Of a DNA stretch of 64,000 nt, positions 27,201 through 41,400 are shown piece after piece. Both the position numbers and the translations under genes were made by a program. The notes beneath the pieces were generated by a model. The model was not told where the DNA came from. It searched no databases and saw nothing but the letters and a program-made list of their open reading frames with translations. Position 1 is the stretch's first letter; the number at the start of each line of letters is the position of its first letter. Origin of the DNA: Phoronis australis (Eukaryota > Animalia > Phoronida); the NCBI GenBank assembly GCA_002633005.1, contig NMRA01000040.1, positions 327,362 to 391,361 on the forward strand, given 5' to 3'.

Positions 27201-28374
27201 AACAAACTGAGAAACTATGCAAACCATTTGTGAGACTTTCACGCGTGCAGTTTGTTACAGTCACAGCATGAGAAACATTACCTCTGCCGCCCTTAAGTAT
27301 CTGTAGATATCTTCAGAATATTCAGGAACAGTTAGGATGATGTCCTCTCTCGACTCTTGCTCGGACACATGCTGGCTTGATGTTCTGTCCGTCATAGACA
27401 CATCGAGGTTCATAGGTGAATCTTAATTACAGAAAAACATATTAAAACCAACACATACCATACAACGTTTTAAGTATATTTACTCGATCATTTTTAAAAC
27501 TCGGGAATATCCAATTAAAAGAAACACATGTGGTGGATCTTGAAGGTCTGCATTCCATTAAAGCAGCATTAACTCTCAACCAGTCAAATTAGGACATGGA
27601 CCACTAAACGATACAAGATTGATCTTGACTTGCTAATTAATCAAGTGAGAAAGGATCCCTGGGCTTGCAAAGAAAGAAGAGTTCGTTTTTATCATCTATG
27701 CAACACAGTTCAGGTAATCGCAATGAATCTGGTTCTCAAAATCGGGTCTACAATGTCTGACCAGTTCTGAGAAGAATTATTTTGAAAAATTCACCAGAAT
27801 TTGACGAATCTAGGTCGATGACACTGATGTTTTGTTCAGAGCACGAGGGAAGGGAGACCACTTCTGGCAGCAACTGTAACTTTTCTGACGAGAAAGTGTC
27901 TTTTGCAGGAGGGATATTTGTGTATTTTTCATATTCGACACCTTCGTCCACGTATATTTGGAAGCTTTGCGTCGGTGGTTGAACAGAGAAGGCAGATTTT
28001 CCCGCCGGCACACAAACGGCATTTTCATCTCCATAAATTGAAAAGTTTTCGGTAAAAGCACCCTGAAAAAGAAACTTTAACTTAGTTGTCTGCATTTAAG
28101 CGTATAATCAACACTTGAAATTTTCCATGAATTTCACATTAAAAAAATATATTGATCAGTTAGTAACGAGTTTCAAAATGGCGCTCCAAATGTTCGTTAC
28201 CTGTTTGACCGCTCTCGAAGGCTGACTTCGTGTGGCTTGATTTGTGATTATTCCAAGGGCTGCTCGTTTTGTCTGAGGTCCTCCTGTTTCTCTTTTCGAC
28301 TTCCTCGAACCTTGGTTAGCTCGAGTTTGAGCCTGCTCAGTCATTGTGCTTCCATTTCCGAAAGGGTACGACAT
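21266..28374 (-). CDS. CCNA: Cyclin A, 9 coding exons, about 440 aa
   Basis: Exons (minus): 28374-28201, 28062-27795, 27421-27282, 26690-26467, 25950-25875, 25500-25372, 24246-24133, 22755-22622, 21329-21266 (1323 nt, all GT-AG, in phase). Motifs: destruction box [20 protein letters not shown], cyclin box [49 protein letters not shown], and QQAIVEKYK near the C-terminus. Confidence 0.97.
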
Positions 28375-28579
28375 TGTCAGCAGCTCGAGTAACCCAAATT
28401 TAAACACAAATTAGACCGTTTTAAAAATATCAAAAGTTTCTATAAAATCTATGTAGCAAAATAAAAAGCTAGAATGCGAAATATGATAAAAACTACAAAG
28501 ATTGCACTCCAGTTGTCTAAAAGTCGTCAAAAAACACCACTCCTGTGGACGTGCAAAGCCCAACTGCCGTACACAATAA

Positions 28580-28740
28580 ATTTTTAGCGATCGTTGAATT
28601 ACCCGCTTGTGGTAAATTACTCCAATCATAAGGCGTTCTGCTGTCACGTGCTTTGCAAACAGCAACACGGGCCTCGTTGCGGACTCGTGGACTGAATGAC
28701 CATTTAGCGGGTATTTAAATTCATTGTTTGACGTCAGAAC
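28580..28740 (-). promoter_or_regulatory. Cyclin A proximal promoter: CRE, CCAAT, E-box, CDE/CHR-like motif
   Basis: TGACGTCA 28729-28736, CCAAT 28622-28626, CACGTG 28645-28650, TAGCGG-gta-TTTAAA 28705-28719 (as read on +), all 250-360 bp upstream of the ATG. Confidence 0.45.
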
Positions 28741-29280
28741 CTTTTGTGAATACAACGTCAAAAACTTCAGTGAATACAACTAGTAACTTGGATTTCACCA
28801 TGGATACTTTTGCCACGAAATTATCATAGATTCTGTTTACGTACCAACTAAAGTCAAGGCCTAATGTAGACCTTATACACGCACAGTTTCCGGCGAATTC
28901 GCGATTTCGTGGTCACGGTAGTCGGTAGCTAGCCGGCCTAAGGTTTCTCTGGGAGTATGGTCCCAGGGTTCAAAATTAGCCGGGCCCTCAGGCTCACTCT
29001 GCATACACAATTGAGGTGTTTCTCTGTGGAACAAACAGTCCGGATCAATTAGATGTTGCTATGACCTGAGTGCCAGAACTGTGGACTATCCGAAGTCACA
29101 TTGCGTCATGTCTTAGGCTATATTTTGATGATTCGTGTGTAACATATGTTGACTAACCATTGGGGTTTTCGCTGCCCATAGTTTTCACTGGCAGAGTAAC
29201 TCCAGTTAATGATGTTCATTCTCTTTTAAGACTATTCCTCTCTGTAAATTATTTTCTACAGATGTATCTTATATCGGTAT

Positions 29281-29514
29281 CAGAGGCGGATCTACAGGGG
29301 GGTTCAGGGGGTTTAAACCCCCCCTCGGGACAGGATCAAAAATAAAAACTGGAAAAAAATCGCCAGAAAATGAAATTAGCTACTAAAATCAAAAAAAATC
29401 TTACACGGGAGGAGGGAAACCCCCTCGCGACCTTCCTGTTCCCCTCGGCGCTACGCGCCTCGGATTCTTTCGAATCCTAAACTCCCCCTTACTGAAATCG
29501 TAGATCTGCCACTG
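29281..29514. mobile_element. MITE (CAG.GGCGGATC family) with 5-bp TSD GGTAT
   Basis: TIR CAGAGGCGGATCTAC / GTAGATCTGCCACTG; GGTAT at 29276-29280 and 29515-29519. A partial related copy lies at about 59694-59795. Confidence 0.75.
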
Positions 29515-31847
29515 GGTATCCAACACTTGTGCTTATGTTTATTTTAGTATACACCGATGTTACATGAACGTTTTATTACTTTTGCTCTGCGCTGCGTTTT
29601 AGTTGAGTGCTTGGTGGTTTCGATGTTGGTCCTGTCACAGTAAGAAATATCACGAGGCCGATTTTATGAGAATAAAATGCCTAATTCAATTTTCGTTTTA
29701 GCAGAGGCTGAGAAATGCAACTTCAAAGCGAACCCATGTACCGACCCAAGAAACGAACTCTCATTTTTTTGGCCTACAATGACGCCTGGCAAAACCGAGG
29801 GTGAAGGGTAGTCCTGGCTGAGTTCGTGTCCACTCCCCAAAATTTGTACAATATCACTGAATGGCCAAAAAAAATATAAAAAGTATTTGAATATATTTCA
29901 GAAACATGAGGAGGGGATTGAACAGCTAAATTATGGTAATCGAATTCAGAAATTAAAAAAATGTCTTAACTAACTGATTTGACGACCGCCAGGGTGCATT
30001 CATGTCGTAAAAACAACTGGTACGTCTAGGTTGATTCACATTTTTGTCCAATATTTAAGATACAAAAATAGGATTAGAGCCAAAATAAATAGAATAATTC
30101 AAGATTTTATTTAGCGCGAAAAATAACCCAAGAATAAAGAAATCTGTTTCTGTAGGCCTACTTCCGTATAAAGAACGAGGGTTAAAATATCCTACTTTGG
30201 AAATAAGAAATAGCCTCGTGTTTAATTGGATCAAACGTAAAATAAAATGTCAGTTATAAATTATAACCCAAATCTCTTATCACTAAGTTGGCTGGAATTT
30301 GAAATTAACAATTAGCAATTTCTTTTACACCGATGTGTGTAAAACTTTAGAACTTGTAAATAGAACAGTTTTTAAGAAAACACCTATTAGCAAACAGGTG
30401 TTATGGAATAACTAAAATACGTTGCTTTGTGATGAATCACTTTCTTGACGAGAACTGTTCGAAGCGGGACTTTTAGTTAGTGAAGATTTTTTAAATGATT
30501 GAAATAACATTCTTCGTCGGTAATTTTTTAAAAAATACAATCGTAGGAATTTAATTTTTGTATGTTGTCATACAATGTGGTTATTAATGCATTGAAGAAG
30601 CGTTTTGGCGAACGAGGAATAAATCCTTAGGCTGTAACCACAAGTTTCATTTAACAAATTATGACCGTCGTAATAGGGTTTGGGTTAAAAACTCCATTTA
30701 ACATAAGCCTACATTTGCACAAAGCCCCAATAATCATGTACCATTAAGTAATTATTATAATGATAACGAAATTTGTTATACACCTTTTACCCTTACCATC
30801 AATTCAGAGTTGAAGAATTTTAGATACTTATGTAAGAATATTTTCAAATATGACTTTATACAAGGTGGGAGTAGCCCAAACTGGGTAAGCGTCCCTATTG
30901 CGAGGAGATAGAGACTTTCCTTCGTTAATTGCACCTGAGTAAGAGCTTTATGGGAAGCAGTGCTAAGATTTTTGAATCAAGTCTCAACGCTCAGTTCATA
31001 GTTACAATGTGGCATACTACATAAACCTCCTAACAATTTTAAACTGAAGTTACACGCGTGTATAAGCACAATTCTAACAGATACCCCTGACACAAATGTG
31101 GATAGATGGAGAGGTTTGCACGCATGTCTCTAGTTACTATCCGAGAAATGCGCAAAAAACGGAATTGTTGTGAAGCGTGACTTCCTGTTGTTATGTTGTC
31201 ATTTTATAGACATTAAGTTCATATTGTTCTCTTTACTGTCCTGCAAAGGCTACATCTAAGGCGCTCAATCTCAGACTAGAGTTTCTATATTGTCTGGGCA
31301 ATCAATTTATAAAAAACTCTCATTTCGACCACCGGGGTCTCAACTCGGTTATTCTTTTCTTTTGTCTTGCAGGCAAATCTCAGTCTTTTCACAGCAGCTG
31401 ACAAAAAATCTTTTGATTAGCGGTCAGTAGTGCTCTATGAAAAATACTAGTGACGCACAGGTACATTTTTGTCATTTTGACTCTCTTAAATTGTGACGTA
31501 GAATAATTGATGACTACTTGTGCTAGGAAACCGATCCTGAATATTTGATCTATTGGCTAGCATAGAAAACGCTTGAAAACATTTGGAGACTATCTTCATA
31601 GTAGTTTGCGCTGTTTATTAGTTGGTACATTCGAAGGACCAGTGGAATTATTAATTTAGATTTCAGTTAAGTTTTCTTCGTGGGAAATTTACCATCCATG
31701 AGAACGGGAGTGGCGATTATGAACTCGAGGTCCTTTCTGGCAAAATCAATCGCCCCATGAATGCTGATTTGAAATAGGAGGTACTACACGGTAACCCGGC
31801 TTGTCATGAAAAGCCAGAGACAGGCGCACGTAAGCGCAGCCAACCAC

Positions 31848-32155
31848 CAGTGGGGACAAGGGGGTTATGCCCCCCCCCCTAAAATTCTCCCAGATACCAC
31901 TTGGCAGTTCGGGGTGCTAATTGCTGACTAGCATATGCGCGCTCCCAGGGGGGCTGGGGGGACGAATGCACAATGCATAGGCCTTGACCAAACCCCTTTA
32001 CCGTTTTTTTCTTTAATTTTTTAGCAATAAGGTCCACAAACCCAAAAATTCGAGACTCTTGCATCCCTACGTTTTGGCTGGGAGCGCGCATGTGGCGAAA
32101 TTCTGGTTATTCCTGTGCTTCGCCCCCCCAACTCAGAATCCTGGATCCGCCCCTG
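31848..32155. mobile_element. MITE (CAG.GGCGGATC family) with 5-bp TSD ACCAC
   Basis: Ends CAGTGG.. / GGATCCGCCCCTG; ACCAC on both flanks; internal sequence is the reverse complement of the 46260-46561 copy. Confidence 0.72.
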
Positions 32156-32534
32156 ACCACCTTTTTGCTTTTCAACGAAGCGCCTACCCACCGTAAACTA
32201 CGGTATTGTGGGGCGTAAGCGCACGTAGTTGCAGCCAACCACCTTTTTACCTTTTCCATTTTGGGCCCCCTTCAGAGACCGCTTGGAATGCACGCGTACA
32301 TTTGCCTTCGAATATGTGTGGTTGGACGCTCTTTCTCCGACATCCAATATCCGCCACTGAAGACTTTATGTAAATACCAACTCGTGAGTCAAAAAATAAG
32401 CCAACATGTTTGTGAGTCAGGTTTTGCGGGTTCAATGCACTTTTAAAATTCAGCGCTCAAGGTGATACGATCGGCTTTGGGAGCCTACTTACTTCTAATT
32501 CTACCACGACAGCACTGAACAGGATACGAGACTA

Positions 32535-35500
32535 CAGTCCCGTAGCCAGGCGGGGTTCGGGAGGTTCGATCGAACCCCCCTCCGAGGAAAATGTCCAGCC
32601 CTTGCCTATCCGATAGGATAAGATAGGGTTTACTAGATGGAAAGAAATGTTGTAACTACAAGTTCTACTAACCACAATCATAACCGAGTTAATATTAATT
32701 TTGAATTTGCTTCTGATGTAAAGCGCTTCACATAATCATCGGGTCGTATCCGGCGCGAGTGGTGACTGCGTAGATGACGATTAGGGGAGGCTTTATGTTA
32801 TTCATTGGCCGAACTAGTGCGTGGTCTCTACACCATAGGGTAACAAGGAAGTATATAAGTAAATGTCTATGCCTAGCCCAAACTATATAGCATCGAGAGA
32901 GATCCCCAAAAGTGGTGCTGTGTGAATGCCTTAAAATCGACCAAGAAACAAAACAGCAGAAAATGGGTTTGTTGTTTGCTACTTTGTTGTACTTTCTAGC
33001 ATAGTATGGGTAAAGTGCAGGCATTTTCAAATTTCGAATTGAAAGTGATCGTCAAATATCTTGATCATCAAGTGTCCACTTTGGTTGTGAATTGATGGAT
33101 TGACATGCATGTGTGTACACGTGTGTGCGTTTCCGTTCTTTTAAATTCAGTACACGCCGACGGTAAGTTCACTGAATACTCTGACTGTCGTTTCTCAAAA
33201 GTCAGACATTTAGCTACCGCGTTTTCTTTCACTGGGAAATTCCCGCATGTTCACATTTTTAGGCAAGTCTAGACCTAATTAAAATTTTGGTCAATGAAGA
33301 AAGTCTTCTCTTGTCAATTAATGTCAATGGTGCACAGCCCCGTAGATTTCATACGAGCAACAATTTTGATGGAAAAGAATTCCAAGGTTACATATACATG
33401 ACCAAAGGTTCATTACTACGATGGTTCGTTACCTTCGAAAGTTCACTTCGAATGTCCACAATTCCGAAACCAGAACTACGACAGTTCAGCTCTGTTTTTT
33501 TTTTCTAATGATTCAGAACTGAAAATGAATAAGGTACGCATTTTTGTCCATTTAGTAACCATTTAAATGGTGTGCAAGAGTGGAATAGTCCTGAAAAGAT
33601 TGATTTGCACTGTTTATAAAAGAGCTCACTTCCAATCATTGGCAATCGTGATTCTTGAATCTAACCAAAGATACTATAAAATCTTTGATCTAACTAAAGG
33701 CTCGTTCTCAATTAGCGACAACATGTGGGACACGATTTCGGGAGGCGGCGACCAACGACGGTTTTAAATTTCAGAAGTCTGAATGAGACTTTGTGAAGAC
33801 TGGGACAGGGTAGCTTACTAACTACATTTAGTTTCGACCCGGCGGTGCGAGTAGTTTCGGTGGGTGAGGTTGAAGCGCAGCTGCCCTAAACTTTTCTGTC
33901 GCGCTGTGAAATGATGCGATCTTATCATGGGATTGGTGAACGTATCGTGGTTGATAATTCATCAACAATCCTACTTCATATTCTTTTAGAAATGCAAGTA
34001 CGTACTCACTCAGACATGGGGACAATTCCACATGCATGTGAAATCCAAACAAAGTGGTTTATTAGCTGGGTGTATTATTGTCGGTACAGTTGCAATGACC
34101 GAAGTGTAGCTNNNNNNNNNNNNNNNNNNNNNNNNNNNNNNNNNNNNNNNNNNNNNNNNNNNNNNNNNNNNNNNNNNNNNNNNNNNNNNNNNNNNNNNNN
34201 NNNNNNNNNNNNNNNNNNNNNNNNNNNNNNNNNNNNNNNNNNNNNNNNNNNNNNNNNNNNNNNNNNNNNNNNNNNNNNNNNNNNNNNNNNNNNNNNNNNN
34301 NNNNNNNNNNNNNNNNNNNNNNNNNNNNNNNNNNNNNNNNNNNNNNNNNNNNNNNNNNNNNNNNNNNNNNNNNNNNNNNNNNNNNNNNNNNNNNNNNNNN
34401 NNNNNNNNNNNNNNNNNNNNNNNNNNNNNNNNNNNNNNNNNNNNNNNNNNNNNNNNNNNNNNNNNNNNNNNNNNNNNNNNNNNAACCCCCCTCCGAGGAA
34501 AAGGTCCAGCCCTTGCCTATCCGATAGGATAAGATAGGGTTTACTAGATGGAAAGAAATGTTGTAACTTCAAGTTCTACTAACCACAATCATAACCGAGT
34601 TAATATTAATTTTGAATTTGCTTCTGATGTAAAGCGCTTCACATAATCATCGGGTCATATCCGGCGCGAGTGGTGACTGCGTAGCTGACGATTAGGGGAT
34701 GCTTTTTGTTATTCATTGGCCGAAAGCGCGTGGTCTCTACACTATAGGGTAACAAGGAAGTCGGAAGTAAATGTCGATGCCTAGCCCAAACTATATAGCA
34801 TCGAGAGAGATCCCCAAAAGTGGTGCTGTGTGAATGCCTTAAAATCGACCAAGAAACAAAGCAGCAGAAAATGGGTTTGTTATTTGCTACTTTGTTGTAC
34901 TTTCTAGCGTAGTATGGGTAAAGCCGTGCAGGCATTTTCAAATTTCGAATTGAAAGTGATTGTCAAATATCTTGATCATCAAGTGTCCACTTAGATTGTG
35001 AATTGATGGATTGACATGCATGTGTGCCGTACACATGTGTGCGTTTCCATTCTTTTATATTCAGTACACGCCGACGGTAAGTTCACTGAATGCTCTGACT
35101 GTCGATTCTCAAAAATCAGACATTTAGCTACCGCGTTTTCTTGCACTGGGAAATTCCCGCATGTTCACATTTTAGGCAAGTCTAGACCTAATTAAAGTTT
35201 TGGTCAATGAAGAAAGTCTTCTCTTGTCAATCAATGTCAATGGGGCACAGCCCCGTAGATTTCATACGAGCAACAATTTTGATGGAAAAGAATTCCAAGG
35301 TTACATATACATGACCAAAGGTTCGTTACTACGATGGTTCGTTACCTTCGAAAGTTCACCACTTCGAATGTCCACAATTCCGAAACCAGAACTACGACAG
35401 TTGATTGCTCTGATTTTTTTCTAATGATTCAGAACTGAAAATGAATAAGGTATTGCATTTTTGTCCATTTAGTAACCATTTACGTGGTGTGCAAGAGTGG

Positions 35501-36579
35501 AATAGTCCTGAAAAGATTGATTTGCACTGTTTATAAAAGAGCTCACTTCGAATCACTGGCAATCGTAATTCTTGAATCTAACCAAAGATACTATAAAATC
35601 TTTGATCTAACTAAAGGCTCGTTCTCAATTAGCGACAACATCTGGGACACGATTCCGGGAGGCGGCGACCAACGACGATTTTAAATATCAGAAGTCTGAA
35701 TGAGACTTTGTGAAGACTGGGACAGGTTAGCTTACTAACTACATTTAGTTTCGACCCGGCGGTGCGAGTAGTTCCGGTGGGTGAGGTTGAAGAGCAGCTG
35801 CCCTAAACTTTTCTGTCGCGCTGTGAAATGATGCAATCTTATCATGGGATTGATGAACGTATCGTGGTTGATAATTCATCAACAATCCTACTTCATATTC
35901 TTTTAGAAATGCAAGTACGTACTCACTCAGACATGGGGACAATTTCACATGCATGTGAAATCCAAACAAAGTGGTTTATTAGCCGGGTGTATTATTGTCG
36001 GTACAGTTGCAATGACCGAAGTGTAGCTCATTTTCGCAGTTACACCTCAATCAAGAAATTTTAGACATATTCGGAGTAATGAATCTTCAGAGTGGTGAAC
36101 CTTCGAAGTAGTGAACCTTCGGAATAGAACCTTAGGAATAGTGGGCTGTTCCCATTTCCAGCGACGTAATGAACTTTTAATAAAAATACAATCATATAAA
36201 AAAATTACGTCAGTCATTCTTGGACTAAATATTGCTGTCCGAGTATGTAATGAGGTCTAATCAATCATTTAAAAAAGCCAGATTTGAATGTTTGGCAGAA
36301 GGTAACGCGAGAACGTTAGGCTATATTTATGGATCGCACTACGTCCGAATTTGATTCCTGTTGTTTGCAAGCAACCGTCGCGACATCCTCATTTCTGGTG
36401 TTACAAATTCCGTTTTATCTCAGTAACATAGAGCTGAAAGCTGCCGTGAATACAGATTTCTCTTCATCATAATTAAACTGTGTCAAGCGCATAACCAAAA
36501 ACTCGAGTGTAGACGTTTGCAAAAGGTCCACCTTTCTAGAAATTCGAACCACCCCCGCGCAATGCTGGCTACGGGCCTG
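32535..36579. mobile_element. Longer non-autonomous TIR element, inflated by an assembly duplication and gap
   Basis: TIR CAGTCCCGTAGCCAG / CTGGCTACGGGCCTG (14/15 match). It contains nested inverted ends AATGG.GCACAGCCC / GGGCTGTTCCCATT with short CTTCGAA-type repeats. No clear TSD. Confidence 0.55.
32573..36028. other. Assembly gap (34112-34483) flanked by a probable haplotype duplication (32573-34111 / 34484-36028)
   Basis: The ~1.54-kb copies end and begin exactly at the N run and differ only by SNPs and small indels. Confidence 0.75.
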
Positions 36580-36593
36580 ATGTTATAACGTCG

Positions 36594-37363
36594 GTTTCAT
36601 TACTTTAAGCAATGAGAAGCCATGATCAATACTAATGCCACAGTGCTACCTTTCGTAGCACTGTGAAAGAGTGTACTGCAAGTCCTGTGACTTTCAAGCT
36701 ACACAATAATTGCTTTCGTCTCTGAAGTTCGCACACGCGCAAATACTGTTCGCCTCAGAGGTCGTGAAGTTTGAAGCTACGAAAATAACCGATATGTTTC
36801 TAATGGCCTGAAATTTGAAGCTACGAAAATACGTGAGATGTTTCGGATGTCCTCGAAACGCATCATCCGAAACACCTCGGGTATTTTCGGAGCCTCAAAT
36901 TAGCTCTCGGAGGTGTTTCATATTTGCGTATGTGCGAAATTCGATCATTACAGCAAAGTGATTTTGCCCAGAGACTGCTAAAATCATCTTTTGACTTCAA
37001 ACTAGCAGGTCTCAAAATGTTCATCTTCAATCTTTGCTCTGCTCTCCCTCGAGGAATAAGGAAATTTGGTGTATGGATGAATCCTGTCAATCACTATCTA
37101 GAATATATGCCATCGGTTTCTACCTCCGAGTTACTGTTATAGAGTTATTCGAAGTCTACTGATCTAAGTGTTCTTTTATTGGTCTATCTCAGTCATGGAC
37201 GCTACAGATTGACATGAAATTTATGCACAATAACATGTATCGCGTGAAAAGATATGGTATATTGTTTTTGGGTGAGAAATCGGGAACAATATGGCTATGT
37301 GACCAGTGTTCGAGCTTAGTTAGCAAATATATGTGCTGGCTCGCTGGGCCTATTACTTGAATA
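36594..37363 (+). repeat. Dispersed ~770-bp repeat, second copy at about 53972-54725
   Basis: Colinear, diverged copies from TTTCATTACTTTAA..AATGAGAAGCCATGATC to CCTATTACTTGAATA. Confidence 0.75.
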
Positions 37364-38449
37364 GGAAACCACCTCCACATATGGCCTATATGTGAAAGTT
37401 TACTGGCCAGAGGCTGCAAACCCACTGGCCCCGGGCCACCGTGTACTTCGAACACTGGCTGTGACGGCCACTTTTTGAACAATCGTTTGGGGAGCTTTAG
37501 CTCCGTGGTCTTTTGAAGGAAAATAAATATAAATAGATCTTGCCAAGGGCTATCTGAAAAGTGTCAACATCGCCAAATTTTGCTGTCTAGAGCGCTTTCA
37601 TTTTGTGCTTTTGCTGTGAATGAAGTACTATTTGAGTATTAATTTTGTATGTAGATATGTATTTGTGTGCGAAGCTGAGATGCACGACCCTCGCACGATG
37701 TCTGGGACATCCACCATGACGACCTTGACACAATTTAGAGTCAAATTTCTGTCGTCGTTGTGAGAATGCCATCACGTTCTGCTGGGGGTGTAGATAGGTC
37801 TGTAAAAATAATTCTTACGTCTGGTCTAGTTTTATTTACTTTTAATCATGGGAGGCGCACCATAGGGGACTGGGGGGCTATAGCCCCCCACTTTTTTCAG
37901 TGCTGCGCCGCCCATGCTACTGAATCGATAAATTCATCAGTGCTCTTGGATATCGACCTAACAGGTTTTCGTGCCTTTGCGTGGTTAAGGAACGAACATA
38001 TAAGATTCATCGATTTGGTTAATTAAACTGCCAAGGCAGGGCTGCACGTCATTTTACTTATTGGGGAAATTCAATACAAAGATGTGAATCAAAGCAAATT
38101 GTTTTTATTGCAACATCTTTATGTCAGCCTATTCAAACTGAAGAAATGATTAAGCATGTTATACAATAAACAAGACAAATGCTGGATAGAGTTCAGTAGC
38201 TTCTAGCGGCTGGAAAAATCTAGACAAAATCACGTGTTCTCAATTAAAACACATGGCAATATCTCTCGTAATCTCGCGATGTCTTGTTTTTAATGAGGTT
38301 CTAGCTTAGGTCTTAGCATTACTGAACTTTACCCTGTTTTCATCAGGTTAGTCGTTTTTAAGCAAATGAAGTTACATTAGAGTATTCGTTGTAAAGTACG
38401 TTTCATTTCCGATTGTGGGTCTTGATTGGTACTCGAAAGCCACTTCTTT

Positions 38450-41400
38450 TTAACGACCCTTTAATAACGAGATTCTGCAGCAACATCGCGGTGCTCTGAC
38501 CCAAATCCTGGCCCGGAACAGTTTGCCATTCGGTAAGACGCGACAAACTGCACTTCTGTAGAATCTGTAAGTGCGGGTGTAACACTTGCCGCTTTTATTT
38601 CTTAGTCTGCATCTAAGCCTGCAAATAGATGACAGAACCAGCTCATCAGTATCAGTACTTGTTTGTATGTCACACTGATATGATTTTGCCTTTTTTCTGA
38701 GGTACAAGCTGTATACTTGAACTAGCGTAATGGACTTCATACTTTTCAACATTAACACCATGGGTTTGTTACATAAAACAAGTCCGAAGATGGGTGATGC
38801 GCTCCACATAACTATTTCTGAAAAATAGTTGAATGTCACGTGAGCAACAGTGCAAAGTTTCTGAGAATATACATATAACCGTTAGTTAATAATTTCTGTA
38901 AATTGTTTGTAGGATGTGATTGACACATAAATTCTGGCAAATCTTTCTGTATTAAGCCTTAAGTTGCTCTCATGAAACAGACCCCATGTCCAACACATAG
39001 CAGTCAGCTACATGTACCTGACTGAAACAAGATGCTTTCACAGTTAGTAAATTTCTCATGCGGTCTGTTTGAAACATTAGTCAGTCATATGTTTTAACTC
39101 AGTAACCAATGATAAAAGTTGTCTAACTAACCAATGACGAAACTTCTCGTTCCTAGCCCATGCCTCAGAATTCAGGTGAACGCGCCTTACAGTTTTTGAA
39201 ACTTTCTTGGTGGTGGCCCTCCACCCCCCTGTCCCGTAGGAGAGGGATACCAGTTTCTCAGCTCATCCGAGGCACAAATAATCACACCATGAGTGTACCG
39301 CATATCCGTGCTCGTTCTTCTAAGAAAGCGGGACCCCCTGGCGATGGCCGGAGAATAGACCGACCGGAACGTCGTGACAGTGTAAATAGACAAGAGGTCG
39401 GTGTAAATAGACCAAGAGATTTTAATAATAGTAACACGTCACCACCTCAGAGAGGTTTTAGAAAGTCATTTCAGGCAGTCTGTGCGCACGACAGCAAAGC
39501 TTATGAATTTTTGTTTTGACAGTGAATTTTCGGTTATTCCATATGATTCGCTCCCACGTCGATCCAACCAAACAACTCCAAATAGGCCTACTATACGCCC
39601 GGCCTGTGCCAGGGGTATCGATAACGACTAGGGCTATGGAAGAAAGAAGCCAGAGTTTCAGCATTCATCGGTTTCACATCTTTCTATAATAATAGTTGGC
39701 TACTGTGATGCTGTCTGCCGTTTCTCTAGTAGTACATAAAATGCCCAATCACTTACGCCCACCATAGGCGAACAGCCCCTAATTACAATCGGGTTATTGG
39801 AATATAGGATTCTCACAATAAGAATGCAGATCTGGCGCTCGAGTTGGAGAGGGACAGTAAGAAGGCACGTGTGAAATTTTTTCAGACGATAGACTTGACA
39901 TCAAATCTGCCTTCTGACCGGACAACATGTGAACGCTGCTTCAGATCATTTACCGTTACAAAACTAGTTTTAACTTGTGATTTCGGAAGAACCGACAGCG
40001 TGTTATTGTTTGAAACCAAGCCGACTTAGAGCTGCAGGTGATTTCCTTATCCCTTGCCAGAGAGTTGTCCCTGATGGAACGGAGTCTCTGTCTTGTAGGA
40101 ACTCCTTAATTTTGAAAACTATAACAATTTACTGCATTTAACAAACGTTTAGTTAATTCGTTCTTTCCCACTGCAAGTTGACTCGATGAATAATTGGGGC
40201 TCCAAAACATTAAACCGAAAAAAATCAGCATTCCGTCGAAGAAAGTAAATTTTGATTTAGAACTTTTAAAAATAAAATAAAGTTGGTTTCAACTTGTTCC
40301 TTACTCAGACAAGAATTTATCAGATTTCTCAGATTTGACTCAGATGTCGCTTTCGGGCTAATAAGCACCTCAATCATTTTCGTCACTCCAGGTAATTGTC
40401 TAACGAAAGTCCTTAAACACCAAAAATAAGATTTGAATTAAATGGATCATTATCGGCGAGCAATCTGATTTTTGGGGGGATCGAAATCGAATCGACAACT
40501 ACCGCGGTTGCAGTTTACTTCTCTGCCCGCAGAGCTAATTTAACTTAACTTGACAAATGGCAGAGTCTTTTAAGCGTATATATCACCGACCTTGACCTCA
40601 GGTAACATTGGCAAACAATGGTGATAACTGGCGATTTGTAATCAAATCACAAAACCCAAAATGTGTTGCTCTAATGTTCCAATCAAAACTAAAAGCTTCA
40701 AGAAGTCTATTTCATTCAACAATAATCACAAAACGTTAAACAGATAATTTTCATGAAAAGTAGGAAAACTGGAAACAATTGTACCGCTAGATGAAAGAGG
40801 GGCTACTTTTGGTGATCATTGGGAGAACGAGAGCAGAAGATGTGCACGATTTATTACTAATTTGATAACACCGTCAATCCAAAATCGACATCTTTACCTC
40901 GCTAAAATTATCTTTCTGCCATCAGAAATCAGAAGAAATTACTTCCAAGTTAAAAATTACAAAAATGCAGGATTTAGAATTTCATATACAGTTATCCCTG
41001 TTGCCCGTTTTCCTTCAAATTCATCTCAAAGATTCTTACCGAAACAAGTTTGTAACTATCCTACTGAACTGTCATGTATGTAAATTTGCTCTGTAAAATC
41101 TTCACAGCTCAAGTATTCTCGGACTTGTCTCTATGGTAAAGTATCCGAGTTTAAATACATGTTGGCGAAGTATGCAATGAATCTGGATTATTGGGGCCAC
41201 ATGAAAAGTGTCCTGGAGTCCCGAGGTGTAAATACGGTACTGTTTAGGAATCACTTCTAACCTGATTAAGTTGCACGTTTAGATCAGTCTCACAGCGGTA
41301 ACTGGTCTAAGTCAGAAGCTAAGTTTTTGTGCAGGTTGGTGAAGAGCTGCTTTGGCACGTGAGCCTTTATAGTATACGCGTGGTTCAAAATGCAGGCCTG

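Noticed and set aside
33234-33244. Perfect NF-kB site GGGAAATTCCC (also at about 35148)
   Set aside because: Lies inside a transposon and duplicated segment far from any identified promoter; a single short motif is not evidence of function.
32728-36064. Paired ORFs repeated in the ORF track (e.g. MVNEESLLL.., MVCKSGIVL..)
   Set aside because: Chance ORFs in a duplicated non-coding element; indels between the copies shift frames.
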